Source: Octopus sinensis (Eukaryota). From it: a stretch of DNA of 64,000 bases. Below the pieces are notes generated by a model. The model saw only the letters and a program-made list of their open reading frames with translations, made no database searches and was not told the DNA's origin. The translations under genes and the position numbers were made by a program. The DNA lies in the NCBI RefSeq assembly GCF_006345805.1, contig NC_042999.1:85436001-85500000 (forward strand), written 5' to 3'. Shown here piece after piece: positions 35,089 to 48,309 of the stretch (positions within the stretch are counted from its first letter, which is position 1; every line of letters begins with the position of its first letter).

Positions 35089-35357
35089 CTAACACAGAAT
35101 GAAAGAACTAGCATTAAAGTAAGTAAATATAATTATTTAATTAATGCTTGAATAGAGTACATTTCCATTGCAAAATTTCATAGTAAGATCAATTGATGGG
35201 GGCCACAGATGAAAGATCTTACCTATTTACTTTAAATTATCAAATATTCTTAATCACTTAAAACCCAAGAAATTATATATGATTCTTCTAGTTGCCAAAG
35301 ATGGACAAATAATATATGACAGTGTAAAAGATTTACTTCAAATATGAAGTACCTTAC

Positions 35358-35493
35358 CTTTGAGTTGCTGCGAAACAGCTTTCTCTTCAGTTGTGTGTGC
35401 ATCTTCAAAATGTGTTTGCAATTGTGTTACAGAAGAATAGTCTTTTAAACAGATGGGACAAATGAACCCTTCTCGAATATCAGTGCTTGTCAT
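35358..35493 (-). CDS. RBSN: Rabenosyn-5 coding exon 1 (C2H2 zinc finger)
   Basis: ATG at 35493; MTSTDIREGFICPICLKDY...LQTHFEDAH; G|GTAAGG donor; acceptor at 35506 implies an upstream non-coding exon. Total CDS 1470 nt = 489 aa. Confidence 0.95.
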
Positions 35494-37149
35494 CTTCAAA
35501 AATATCTAAATTAAGTAAAAAAAAAATATGTGCATATAAATCTGGCAGAACAAACGATATTAATTTTAAAGTCAAATTTTGTGCAACCCTGGATGAGAAT
35601 TTGCAACTTCCTTTTTCAGGTAGGTAAGTGCAGCCCACCCCAACCTTTGAGCTGGCTTGTGCTCATTCTCCTTTGTTATTATCATTAGGCTTTTTTGTAA
35701 CTGGATTTTCTACAGGGAGCATGCTCTTACTTACCCCAACCTCAGTTTCTAGACATGAGTGGTCCCGAGACCAAAGCTTCTACCATAATTTTTAAGAAAT
35801 CTGGTGGAAAACTAGCTCAGGAAGGCAGGAATGCTACTCTCTGAGACCCCTTTCAGAGCCCCACCACCATTATTTCTCTATACAATATTCCCTAAACAGG
35901 AAATTTTGACAGTCAAACAGTGTCTGTGTAGTTAACATTTTTGTGAATGTAACATTTTCATAGAACAGGTAAAAATCACTGTCTTCCACACATACAGGCT
36001 TGTCCTTTCAAGTGCTGGTACCACTTAAAAAGCACTCGTGTTGGTGCTGCATTGATGCACCTGTGCCAGTGCTGCATAGATGCACCCATACTGGTGGTAC
36101 GTAAAAACTACCCAGTATACTTTGTTAAGTGGTTTGAATTAAGAAGGGCATCAAGCCATAGAAATCATGCCACCACAGACAGCTGAAGTCTGGACAGATC
36201 CCTGCTAGCCAACTCCATGTTAAACAATCCAACCTATGTCAGCATGGAAAGCAGATGTTAAATGATGATGGTGAAGATGCTTATGATATCTTGATTCAGT
36301 AAATTGATTTAGCTAACAAAAATGGGTAAATGTGTATCAGATGACTGCAGATTGATACAGGGGATGAGCAAAGTACATTCCTGATTCAGCACCAGTAATT
36401 GGTTATGAGCTTTTACGAAAGTTACAGTAACAGATTTCTTGAAAATGCTATAAGAAATTAATAATTTAACTATCTTTTTGAAATGACAGAAAGCATGGAG
36501 TGAGAGAACAAAAAAGAAAAACATATGTATGATGAAATAAGATATGAGAGTGAGCAAATGTCTGAAGTTATGAAGAAAAGGAATAAGAATAGAGAAAAGG
36601 AGAGGGGGAAGAGTGGGGAAAAATTCAGTTAGAGTGAAGCTGACTAGGAGAAGGTCTTTGTAAATATAAGGCTGGGGCCATTGTAAATAAATATATATAT
36701 TGTAGCATACATGTATCTACATTTAAACAGACTCAAAGAAAATAAAAGGGAAGAACAGTAAAGGTAAAATTGTCAGAAGAGGAAGAAAAATTTAGGAGTG
36801 GTAGTAAGGTGAATTTGTTAGAAGGAAGAGAGATGGGAGATAAAGTTTCTGGTCAATAGGGGAACACAGTAGTTCTTAACAGTAAAACTATATGTATGCA
36901 TATTCACACACATGCACATATTTTCTCTGCATGCCTGTAGTATCTTATTGGTGTGCATGCATGCATACACACCTGTATATTCTCATGTGCAGAGAAGATG
37001 TAGGGAGATTAAGAAGTTAAGAAAAAAATATATAAAGGTAGTTTAAAAATTTGTTATAAATACATAGAAGAGCTACAAATGGAGGGGGGACAGAATAATC
37101 GGTGGGGTCGCACGCTATTATATATACTTTGAGAAAGTGTTACATAATC

Positions 37150-37560
37150 TGTGTTCACAATTAAAAATTAGATGGTTTTATTCATTCAGAAAATTGGTGG
37201 ATTGCATAACAGAAAAGACTTCTGCAATGCAGAGATCGCATTTGTTGTTATAACCATTAAACAGTTTGGCATGGGTAACTATGGACCATTTTGAATTACA
37301 TGGAATTGAGTTTTGTTTTAGGTTATGAATTAGCCAAGATAAAGAAGTGCTGTTAGTTATTGCTTGGGAATTGAAGCTAGAATAGTGGTTACCTACTCTA
37401 ACCATGCAGATCTATACATAATTGGAATTCTCAGTTGATATCATGCATTTCTATACAATATTTTTTGTGGAGCATCTATTATCTAAAAGACAGGAGGTGG
37501 GGCATCTACAGCTGCATAGGATTTTAGAAGGTGCCAAAGTGGAATTTACGGGATTATGAT
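37150..37560 (-). mobile_element. Penelope-like element fragment (GIY-YIG endonuclease region)
   Basis: CSCRCPTSCLLDNRCSTKNIV...NHYSSF...TNSTSLSWLIHNLKQNSIPCNSKWSIV...KCDLCIAE...FLN matches PLE linker plus GIY-YIG C-terminus; has stops. Confidence 0.65.
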
Positions 37561-38514
37561 TATTTAGGGTTAAACAGGTGTTATATTCATTATCTGCTGC
37601 AGTGTTAGGATGAGTATTTTTTAGTGTGGTGAGGGAGTCATCTGGGGGATGTAGCTTATAATAGTTCTTATATCTTATATTATTCCTATCATTGCCTATA
37701 TATACATATATATATAATCATTGTTTAACGCCTGCCTTCCATGATGGCATGGGTGAGATAGTTTGACAGGAGCTGGCCAGGCAGAAGCCTGTACGAGACT
37801 TCTGTAACAGTTTTGGCAGGATTTTTACAGCTGAATGCCCTTCCTAACACCAACCACTCAGCAGAGTGGACTTAGTGCTTTTTATGTGGCACAAGCACAA
37901 GCGAGGTCAGTTTTGGCTAGGTTTTTACAGTTGAGTGCCAACCACTTTACAGTGTGGACTGGGTACTTTTAAGTGGTACCTGCATTGACAGAGTCACCAA
38001 GTACTTGTAAGACAAAAAAACTTTTTTGAGAGGAGAGGGGGCATTGGAGGAGCTGGTCTTGTGTCAGACGATGAAAGGTTATAGTGAGACAGAAACAGGT
38101 GGTTTGCTGTAGAAGAGGTACAAGATTACCAGCTGAAGAGAGAGAGAGAGAGAGAGAAAGGGAGATCGGGAATGAAGACAGAGATAGTTGTGCTGTCGCA
38201 AAGGAAATACATGGTTGCCCAACCTGAGGGGAGTGCAGGAGAAGGAGAGAGAGAGAGTGGGAGACAGCAGGATAGAGATGGTGGCAAAGTGCTGGGCATA
38301 CATACAAGGGACAGAGTTCAGAACATAAACGAATGGGAAGGTTACTTAGTCAGAGAGAGAGGGAGAGAGATCGGGAATGAAGACAAACAGGTGTGCTGTT
38401 GCAAAAGAAATGCATGGTTACTCAAGCTGAGAGAAGTGCAGGAGAAAGAGAGAGAGACTGTCTTGGGGAAATTTCGAACCTGGGTTCTCATTCCTAAGTT
38501 ATTTTTCGATATTA

Positions 38515-38616
38515 TTATTATTACTATTATTATTCAGGTCACTGCCTGGAATCGAACTCGGAATCTTAGGGTTAGTAGCCCGCATTCGTAACCTCTACGC
38601 CATATGCCCAGCCCAC
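38515..38616 (-). mobile_element. Short tRNA-derived SINE with (AAT)n tail
   Basis: Minus strand TGGCGTAGAGG (A box) ... GTTCGATTCC (B box) ... cctg(aat)n; no acceptor stem, so not a tRNA gene. Confidence 0.6.
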
Positions 38617-40144
38617 GGGCATATGGCGTAGTGTCCCTACCATTAATATATAAGTGTCATACACTCTACCCTTCATGTGTGTGTGTGTGTGTGTGTGTGA
38701 TTTTGTTTTGTTTTTTGTTTGTTTGTTTTTTTCGTTGGCTTTACATGTGTTCGCAGACTGTAAACAAAACTATCTCATTATCAAAACAGGTGGTGTCATA
38801 GTCGACTGCGAAAGTACGTCTGGGCTTCTTTGTAAACAAAAAGGCCCGTAACTATATCCAGGCTATTGTTTGATAGACTAGAGGAATACGTAAATTTTCG
38901 AATATCATCTTACTTGGAAACAGGTGAGAGTTAGCGACACAAAATGAATCTGGCAGTAGAATATATTATTCAACGAATTCTGTTTTATTCATATAAGCAC
39001 GAAAAAAATTGATAGTAAAACGATAGCCCTAAATTTCCCTACACAACCCATTTTATCACCTTTCCAATCTGCTCCTCTCTTTCTCACTAATTCCTGACAC
39101 TATCTCTTCTCTTTCTCCTGTCCCTTCCATATTTCCTACCCCAATATCTACTTCGTTACTCTCTCCACAACCATCCTCTCACAATAAATTTACTCATCTC
39201 TTCATATTTTACCGTCACACCACCCGTCTAGAATAATCGCATCTTTGTCTCTTTCAGCTGTAAGTAGTTCGTTGACTTGCAAGTTGCAAAACCACCCCAT
39301 TGCTGGTGTCATGTAAAAAAAAAAATTTTAAGCATCCAGTAAACTGTGTAAAGTAGCTGATGCTAGGAAAGGTATTCAGCCGTTGAAACCCTGTTAAAGC
39401 TGACACTGGAACATGACATAATCCTCCGACTCGTCGTCGGTGTATTTCGAACCGTTCAACCCATATTAGCATGGAAGAGGAAAATAAATATACATATATA
39501 TATATATATTGTGTGTATGCGTTATATATATATATAGTTTAACTTAGATAGGTAGATAGTGTAAGTATTTTACAACTGTCCGAAATAACAAAAGAAAACT
39601 GCATGGACGAATTTGACAGCAATATTGACAGTTCTGTAAGCATCACGTTTTTGGTGAAACATTTAAGAACTTGCAGACTTAAGGAAGGAGAAATATAGAT
39701 AATACAAATCATACAACAAAACTAAATTTATTATTTTTTTTAAAATGACAGAAAATATTTGATTTTTGCTCTCAAGAATCAAAAAGAAAAGAAAAAAATA
39801 GAACATAATGACTAACCAGAATATCTCGGTGGTAAACTCCTCCTTATATTACTGTGCTTATTTGACGAAAGCTGGCCGATATGGTATCACATCGTTTGCA
39901 AAAGATAATTAAGTTGGATTAAACGATTAAAAGTAGGTCAGAATAACCAAATGTTATAGGGTAAATAGATCTAAAACAGTACTCCATTTTATTGCTAGGT
40001 TATAATGCAATCTAGCAAATTAAATGGTTGCTGCTCATCTACAACATTCAGTGCGGAGCTGATGAATAAACCGAATTGTAATATCTACGGATAACCAAAA
40101 TTGATATTAACTATATATTTATTAGAAAAACAGCTGATTTAAAC

Positions 40145-40149
<5 letters not shown>

Positions 40150-40219
<70 letters not shown>

Positions 40220-40226
40220 TATATAT
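40150..40226. repeat. Compound (TA)n/(CA)n microsatellite
   Basis: Direct reading of the sequence. Confidence 0.95.
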
Positions 40227-40713
40227 GTATGTATGTTTGTATGTATTATTGTAAAGTGACTCATGTGCCTAGATTTTGGTTCCATAGCACTTGTCATTTG
40301 ATTAGTGTTTTAGCACAAAAATCTTACTCACAGAGCTTCAGTACTATATGTGCGCGTGCGCGCGTATGTGTATGTACACATGCACGATAGGGAATTTCAG
40401 GGTAATTCTAGACCTAAGCGGCGTCAATTAAGTTACAGTCTATAATATTGAAGTTATGATTTTACTATCCTGAACTAACGAAACGAATGAATAAACACTT
40501 CTAAATAAATTATTATATGTACATATTTTCATTTCGACACATTATAATTGTTGGAAACAACATATTTTTCATGTAAAAAGAAAATAGTTTCGAAAAGTTT
40601 GATTAGTTATTCAAATTTTTCCGGGAGAGGAATTTATCATTTGAGATGTATGTCTGTCCCGGCAAAAAGTAACTATGAATAAAATGTAAACTTGTTCATT
40701 TTGGTCATTCAGG

Positions 40714-40797
40714 ATAGCCAATTATTTTTATACATTCCCCATATCCAATTATTTTTGTACATTCCCCATAGCCAATTATTTTTGTACATTCCCCATA
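40714..40797. repeat. 27-bp tandem repeat x3
   Basis: atagccaattatttttgtacattcccc at 40714, 40741 and 40768 with single substitutions. Confidence 0.95.
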
Positions 40798-41518
40798 ATT
40801 GTCAGTTCTAATTGCTACCGCTTTCATCTTTGACTACCTCTATTGAGTTCTGTTTCTTCTGTTTGCACTTGTTTCAGTCACTGGACTACACCCATGAAGT
40901 CTTGTGCTTATTGTATTGCGTATTGCTGAACCGCTAGCTGACGGGGACGTTTGTCTCCCACGCCGTTTATCAAGTCGTAGCGGGAAACAAACTCACACAC
41001 ACACCTGTGTATACGATAGGCTTCTTTCAGTTTCTACCTACCAATTCCACTCATAAGGCTTTGCTCAACCCAGGGCTATAGACGGAGACACTTGCTTGAG
41101 GTCCCATGCAGTTGGACTAAATCTGAAACCATGAATGTATGTACTTATATATGTAAATACAATGGGCAATAAAAAGGACAACACAAATGGAACAAAGTTT
41201 GACAGGCGCAGGCGTGGCTGTGTGGTAAGCAGCTTGCTTCCCAACCACATAGTTCAGTCCCACCATGTGATATTTGGGCAAGTGCTTTTTATTATAACTT
41301 CGGGCCGACTAAAACCTATTGAGTGGATTTGGTAGAGAGAAACAGAAAGAATGGCCTGTCTATTGACTGTAACAAATAAAAGATGGAAAGAGAAATGTCT
41401 TGACGTTTTGGTTGTTAGTCTTTCATCAAAAGAAAGTCACAGGGAAGTCATGAGAAAGGGATATAGATTTCTATAAAAATAGTGAAAACCAAATAGGAAT
41501 ACTGTTCAACAGGTGGGA

Positions 41519-41736
41519 GACTAAGAAAGGAGGAATGGATGGGTGTGTAGAAGCAAGTATAAGAGTATCTTTGTAAGTAGCATAAGAGGGAGTGATGTGT
41601 ATGTGTGTCTGGGAACAAGATCTTAAAGACTAAGAAAGGAGGAATGGATGGGTGTGTAGAAGCAAGTATAAGAATATCTTTGTAAGTAGCATAAGAGGGA
41701 GTGATGTGTATGTGTGTCTGGGAACAAGATCTTAAA
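41519..41736. repeat. 109-bp tandem duplication x2
   Basis: gactaagaaagg...gatcttaaa at 41519 and 41628, one mismatch seen. Confidence 0.95.
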
Positions 41737-41949
41737 TGGTTTGTTGTTATTTTTTTCAACATTTGTTCTTATTTGTAGATTTTTATAGGACTTAAGTTTT
41801 GAAATTTCTCTACACACACGAAATAAATTTCAATTCCTTCATCCACTAGATGTGTCCTTAAGTGCAAAGTCTACATTCGCTTTTGTTATTCATGCTATAA
41901 TACATATTCATTCACTTTAAACTCCAAATGCATTTTTATTGTATATTTT

Positions 41950-42340
41950 ACTTGTTTCGGCCATTAGACTGCGGCCATGCTGGGGCACCACTATGAAGAA
42001 TTTTTAGTTAAATGAATCAGCTTCAATAGTTTTTTTTTTTTTTAAGTCTGGAATTTATTTTATTTGTCTCTTTTGCCAAACCGCTCAGTTACGAGAACGT
42101 AAATACACCAACACCGGTCGTCAAGTGGTAGTGGGGACAAATACACACTCTCTCTCTCACACACACACATATATATATATATTTGATGGACAGGCTACTT
42201 TTAGTTTCTGTCCATCAAATTCACTCACAAAACTTTGGTCAGTCCGAGACTATAGTGGAAGACACTTGCCCAAAGCGCCACACAGTGGAACTGAACCCGG
42301 AACCATGCGGTTAGGAAGCAAGCATCTTAACACACAGCCA
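41950..42340 (-). mobile_element. tRNA-derived SINE (major family)
   Basis: Homologous to 46880-47320 along its length. Confidence 0.75.
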
Positions 42341-43169
42341 TGTCAACTTCTATTGCTTAATTTTTTTATTCATGCATATTAGAGTATTTCTTAATGGGTT
42401 TGGTGTGGAATTAATATAATTAATACTACTTGGTACTTTGGGTAACAGTACCTAATTGTAGACAATGTTACTGATAAAGTCACCTACAAGAGGACACTGC
42501 AAGGTTAATCTTAGGGAGTCACTGAGGGCTAAGCCATTATTTTTACCTTTTCCAAATTATTACTAGTACTATTCTATTGTTTTCCCCACTTTTTCTTAAA
42601 ATTTATATTAATGTCACTAGTATTCCGCCAAGGTCGACTTTAACTTCATAATTTTAGGGTCGATAAAATGAGTACCAGTTGACCCAGTGCTCAACTGGTA
42701 CTTCTCTGAACCTGCGCCAAAATTTGAAATCAATATTAATGTCTCTAGTTATGGTGGCAAGCTGCCAGAATCGTTATCACACCAGGAAAAATGCTTAATG
42801 GCATTTGCTCCGTCTGAGTTCAAATTCTGCCGAGGTTGACTTGCCTTTCATCCTTTCAGAGTCAATAAGTACCAGTTGAATCCTGGTATATCTATCTATA
42901 ATCTACCTACTTACTTATCACTCTCACAAAATTGCTGGCCTTGTACTAAAATTTGAAAATATATTCATGCCTCTAGTTTTATTTTTGCAATTGTTTCTAT
43001 TATTGTTTTTAGTGGAATCAAGAATTTCACTAACTGGGGAAGGTTCTATTTTATGTTAGGCTTTGTATGAGTAAAATTAATATTATTCCTCCCCTAATCT
43101 GAATAGTGTTACCTATCCTCAAGAGACTGTGGTGTGGTTCACCAAACCAGTGTTTTCTATACCTTTACT

Positions 43170-43375
43170 CTTGTTTCTTTACTACCCACAAGGGGCTAAA
43201 CACAGAGAAGACAAACGGATTAAGTCGATTACATTGACCTCAGTACGTAACTGGTACTTATTTAATCGACCCCGAAAGGATGAAAGGCAAAGTCGACCTC
43301 GGCGGAATTTGAACTTAGAACGTAACGGCAGATGAAATACGGCTACGCATTTCGCCCGGCATGCTAACGATCCTT
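43170..43375 (-). mobile_element. tRNA-headed SINE (second family)
   Basis: Homologous to 8956-9182; CpGs retained. Confidence 0.7.
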
Positions 43376-46300
43376 TACTCTCAGGTTGAGTGGTTACAGG
43401 GATGGTTAGGTCACTATTGGTTTTATTTCAGGTATCATTAGCCTTAGAATAGTAGGACTTTTACTTATGTCCAGTTTTCACTGGTTTGTAAATAAAATAT
43501 TAAAGAGATAAATAACAGTGCCGTTTTTGCCTGTAATTAGTTACCCCAGTTAAGTTTAGAGATACTGGAATAGTACACATTAACTCACTTCTGCACCTTT
43601 ACCGTCATCAACTGTTTTAAATGCCCTCTTTATGGGGGCCTTATACTTTAACCAAGCCAATTGTCATTTAGTGGACTAATTTGCCTCCAGGAAAAAAAAA
43701 AGTTTTCCGTCACTTCTGCTCAAACTACTCCACACAGTATCTTACTGTATTCGGCTTGGCCTTACAAAATGGATCCACATCTAGACTTTGCATGGAACGT
43801 TTCATTTTTTCTCTACAAACTTATACACCATTTGGTCTTAACTTACCACCCACTCTCTTGTAACTGCTCTTCACACTCCACATATCATTACACACATTAC
43901 ACGTACTGCCACTCTCAACCCAGCAAACACCCTCACTTTTCGTACCTGCCTGACACATAGACATACACACACAAATACATACATGTATATAGTTATATGC
44001 ACACTTACATACACTGATCTACTGCCAGGTCCTTGAACAATTCTCTCTCTACCTCATTCCATTTCTTTTAATTAGTCTTATTCTTTCTTTCTTCTGCATA
44101 CATACATATTTATTTGCACACACACATGAATGCATTTACAAATAAGTTGACATTAATCTACTTACACTTTTATATAAAGACTTATGTACATCTTCAAATA
44201 CATTTTCACATGGGTATAATTATGTATATGCATGTATCTAAATGTGCATGTGCATGTACACACACACTCACAATAGATCTTTTTAACCTAACACGCAAAC
44301 ACACACAATACCAATACCTCCTATATAAACATCTTTTAATCGCTAACACTGTCAGAAACACGCACATGCTGCTTGTAACTTTTATATATACACATACACA
44401 CTACACATGATCTTCACACATACACATACACCTGCCACACACACACCAAGCACTCATTATTGAAAACCATAATTACCTTTCACACTTTCATGAAGTCAGA
44501 GACTGAACATGAGTTATCCACACAATTTTCTTTTTTCCTGGTTCTCTCCTCTTCCCTGGACTTTTCTCTGTATCTGACAAAGGATCATGTCCAAAACGTT
44601 ATACTTTTAATCCATAGATTTTTTTTTCCTTTTTTGTGATTCAGCCTAATATTAACCATGAACAGTCTTTTGACTTTTGTTATTGATTTACTACAAATCG
44701 TAGTCGTGGCCATTGCCAGTGTCATGTAAATGGCACGTAAAAAGCATCCATTATTCTTGGAGTGGTGGCACTAGGAAGGGCCGTAGAATCCATGCCAAGT
44801 CAGAACCTGGTCCAGCTCGTGGCTTACCAAGTTTCAAGCAAACCGTCTAACTCATGCTAGCATGGAAAATGGATGTTAAATGATGATGATATCATTTTAA
44901 TGTTCATCTTTTCATGCTTGCATGGGTTAAAGTTTACAGGAGGCAGGTTTTCTACAACTGGATGCCCTTTCTGTCGCCAAACCTCACCTCTTTCCAAGTA
45001 GCTAGTACTTACTCATAGACAAACATGTCCTCGCAGAATATTGGAAATGAATGCCACTTCTTGTATAACAGTAACAACCATTTTACAACTAACACGTCAA
45101 AACAAAGAAACATAAATACATACATGCATTCACATACATACGACGGGATCCTTTCAGTTTTTGCATAAATACATACATATATATGTGTGTGTGTATGCAT
45201 GTATGTATATATATATATATATATATATATAAAGATTAAGGTAGTTTTACTTCTTAATATTTATAAGGCAGAATCTATAAGAATCAAATCAACATAGTGA
45301 AACATGGAATAAAATAGTACACGTCCTTATAGAATATATAATGTTTTCAATGACTGAAATATACAAGTGACTATCTTCCTTTCACTTGTTAGTACCTGCA
45401 AAAAATCAGTCATTTTTATTGTAGAAAATACAAAGAGTGACAATTCACAATCACCATTTAAATAACTCAAATCTTAAACTAGATTTTGATATATCAGTAA
45501 GACTCAACTTAAACCCACACAGAACCACATCATGTACAGACAACCTAGATTGCATTCAACAAATTAGCTGTGATTCATTCACCAACATGCTGCAATCATT
45601 AGCCTAGTTTTCTCTCTCTGCTGTTCTGTTAACATATCTATCTCCACCACCTACCAAGGACAACAACCCTTAGGAATTGTATCCCTGCAAGCATTTATCC
45701 ATAAATGTTAAACCTAACTGCATTATGACTATATAACAGGCTTCTTTCAGTTTCCCTCTATCACATCCCCTTACAAGGCATTAGTCGGGCTGGAGCCATA
45801 GTAGAAGACACTTGCCGAAGACACCACACAATGAAACTGAACCTGAGACTATGTGGTCATGGTTGGAAAGCAAACTTTTTATCACACTTGTGACTCTCCT
45901 ACTCTGATTCAATTTAATAAATTTAAAAGATTTTTAAAAATTCATTTCTTACTAACTTCATCCATCAGTAATTGTATATGCAAGAAATTTCAGTTAAGAA
46001 ATTAAATTATTCAACAATAAGACCCAGAATGATATAATAAAATTTATTATCATTAAAAAGAAGGAAAATCTTCCATAAGCACACAAGTCAAAGCTCACAG
46101 AGCTGAATATTTTAAATGACAACCCTATACATTAAAGAGATTGAAAGAATCAACAGCAGATGAGACATGGCAAAACTAAGTTTGTCAACACACACGCACT
46201 AAAAAAAAAGCAATAAATACAATTTCATTACATTTAAATGTTATTCCCAATTTATGAATTTTATAATGAATTTCAAATAATATATTTTAACACTTCATTT

Positions 46301-46879
46301 AGAAATTAATATATACACAGTCAACACAAATGATTAACATGAGTAGCCTAAGACTATGGACTGCCAAAATATAGATTGATTTTAATATGTGGATAATGGA
46401 AGATGTTACCTCTATGTTTTTCACTTAAGTCATGCAAAGCTAGTACGATGAGTAGAACTGCAAGGTCGGAGAGGAATGAACTAAGTACAGTCAGTAGAAT
46501 GCACAATGTTTAAATTATGGGGGGAAAAAATTCAGCACAAGTTGAGAAAGCAGCTGGGCATGAAAGGCACTGTCCAATGCATGCAGGGAAAAGTGCATTC
46601 ATTGGTATAAATATGTAATATGCAAATGGAAGACGTGCTGGGTGCAGGAGCAGGGAATATGGTAAAAGTATTAAGGAAGACTTGGGAAGTAGCTGCTAAG
46701 TCTTGCATGAGAAATGCAAGCCTTCACACACTGGGGGATGATGCAGGATTTAAGACAAAAACATTGCAAACCAATCCAATCCATACTTGCAAGAGAAAGT
46801 TGTTTCGTTAAATTCAGCTAATACATAATTCCTCAAACCATCCTATCTTTGCTAAGAATTCTCTATTTCTCTTACTACA

Positions 46880-47104
46880 CTCTTTTTTTTTACTTGTTTC
46901 AGTCATTTGACTGTGGCCATGCTGGAGCACCACCTTTAGTCGAGCAAATTGACCCCAGGACTTATTCTTTGTAAGCCTAGTACTTATTCTATCGGTCTCT
47001 TTTGCCGAACTGCTAAGTTACGGGGTTGTAAACACACCAGCATCGGTTGTCAAGCGATGTTGGGGGGACAAACACAGACATGCACACACACATATATATA
47101 TTTT

Positions 47105-47150
<46 letters not shown>

Positions 47151-47320
47151 TACATATATACAACAGGCTTCTTTCAGTTTCTGTCTACCAAATCCACTCA
47201 GAAGGCTTTAGTCGGCCCGAGGCTATAGTAGAAGACACTTGCCCAAGATGCCACACAGTGGGAATGAACCCAGAATCATGTGGTTGGTAAGCAAGCTACT
47301 TACCACACAGCCACTCCTGT
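46880..47320 (-). mobile_element. Well-preserved tRNA-derived SINE (major family)
   Basis: Minus-strand head GGAGTGGCTGTGTGG (A box) ... GGGTTCATTCCC (B box), internal (TA)n; many related copies in the window. Confidence 0.8.
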
Positions 47321-48143
47321 GCTATCACAATAAAGATATTCAAATCTTTAATCATACTTATTCAAAGTAATATTATTGTAATTTTTCTTATTGCCTAACA
47401 ATTGATTTCAGTTAAAAAAAAAAGTGCAACATATGAAACACATTTTTGGGAAATATGCCAAACAAATAAATATAGCAGTACTTTTAATAAGGCGAAAAAA
47501 AAAATGTTATTCTATCAGGAACAATTCTGATAATAGAATAATACATAGTTGAAATTTGCTTCAGTTTCAATGCTTGTATTTTCACAAATGACCTGTCGAT
47601 GATATGTAAACATATTCCAATTCAACACAAATATGGTGGCAAAAGGTTTAAGCTAAATTGGCTTCGCATAAGTTATTCAATCCTACCAAGTTGGTCATTA
47701 GTTAATACCTTAGAATAAGGTAATGAGAGAGCCTCTACATGGTTGTTAACATGTTAGAAATAGCAGCCAAATCTCTCTCAAATCACATTGCGTTATCATT
47801 TAAAAAATAAAATAGAAGATATTGATTTATGCCTAAAACAATGGAATGGTCACTTCTTGAATGTCTTTGATCAAAGGTTTGCTTGATCAGAACTGACCTG
47901 GAGCTTAAAGAGATTTTTCAATTTTTGCCCCAAACAGTCAGCAAAACTATGACTAAAACATTAGATTTTACCTATCTCAAAATCACAAGTTTATAACTGA
48001 AAATAACTGTCTTCATGGCACCAGTATTTCCTTCAAGGGGGACGGGGGGGGGGGGAAGAAATAGGTGAAAAATATTACATAAATATGTTTCGTTTTTGGA
48101 TTTGGTTTGCAAGATTCTTTATATAAGTTCATGTGTTGAAGCA

Positions 48144-48309
48144 TATTCTGTTGTCTGGGGAGAGTCATTTTCTTTTTGAGCCTTATAATGTAACACATTC
48201 ACCGGTAAAATTAAAAATAAAAATAAGAAAAAAGTGGAAATTTTACCAGTGAGTGTGTTACATTATAAGGCACAAAAAGAAAATGACTCTCCCCAGACAC
48301 AACAGAATA
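48144..48309. repeat. Hairpin with ~69-bp arms and 26-nt A-rich loop
   Basis: 48144-48212 is reverse-complementary to 48239-48309 with a few substitutions and one 2-nt indel. Confidence 0.9.

Noticed and set aside
38535-38616. tRNA gene
   Set aside because: Has A and B boxes but no acceptor stem or cloverleaf and ends in an (AAT)n tail; it is a SINE head, as are the other tRNA-like heads in the window.
38700-40100. RBSN promoter and non-coding first exon
   Set aside because: CpG retention is suggestive, but no unambiguous donor or TSS could be chosen.
44114-47290. Short ORFs rich in HT/YI/VC dipeptides (also 7030-7215, 61386-62263)
   Set aside because: Translations of (CA)n/(TA)n microsatellites and SINEs; no splice or homology support.
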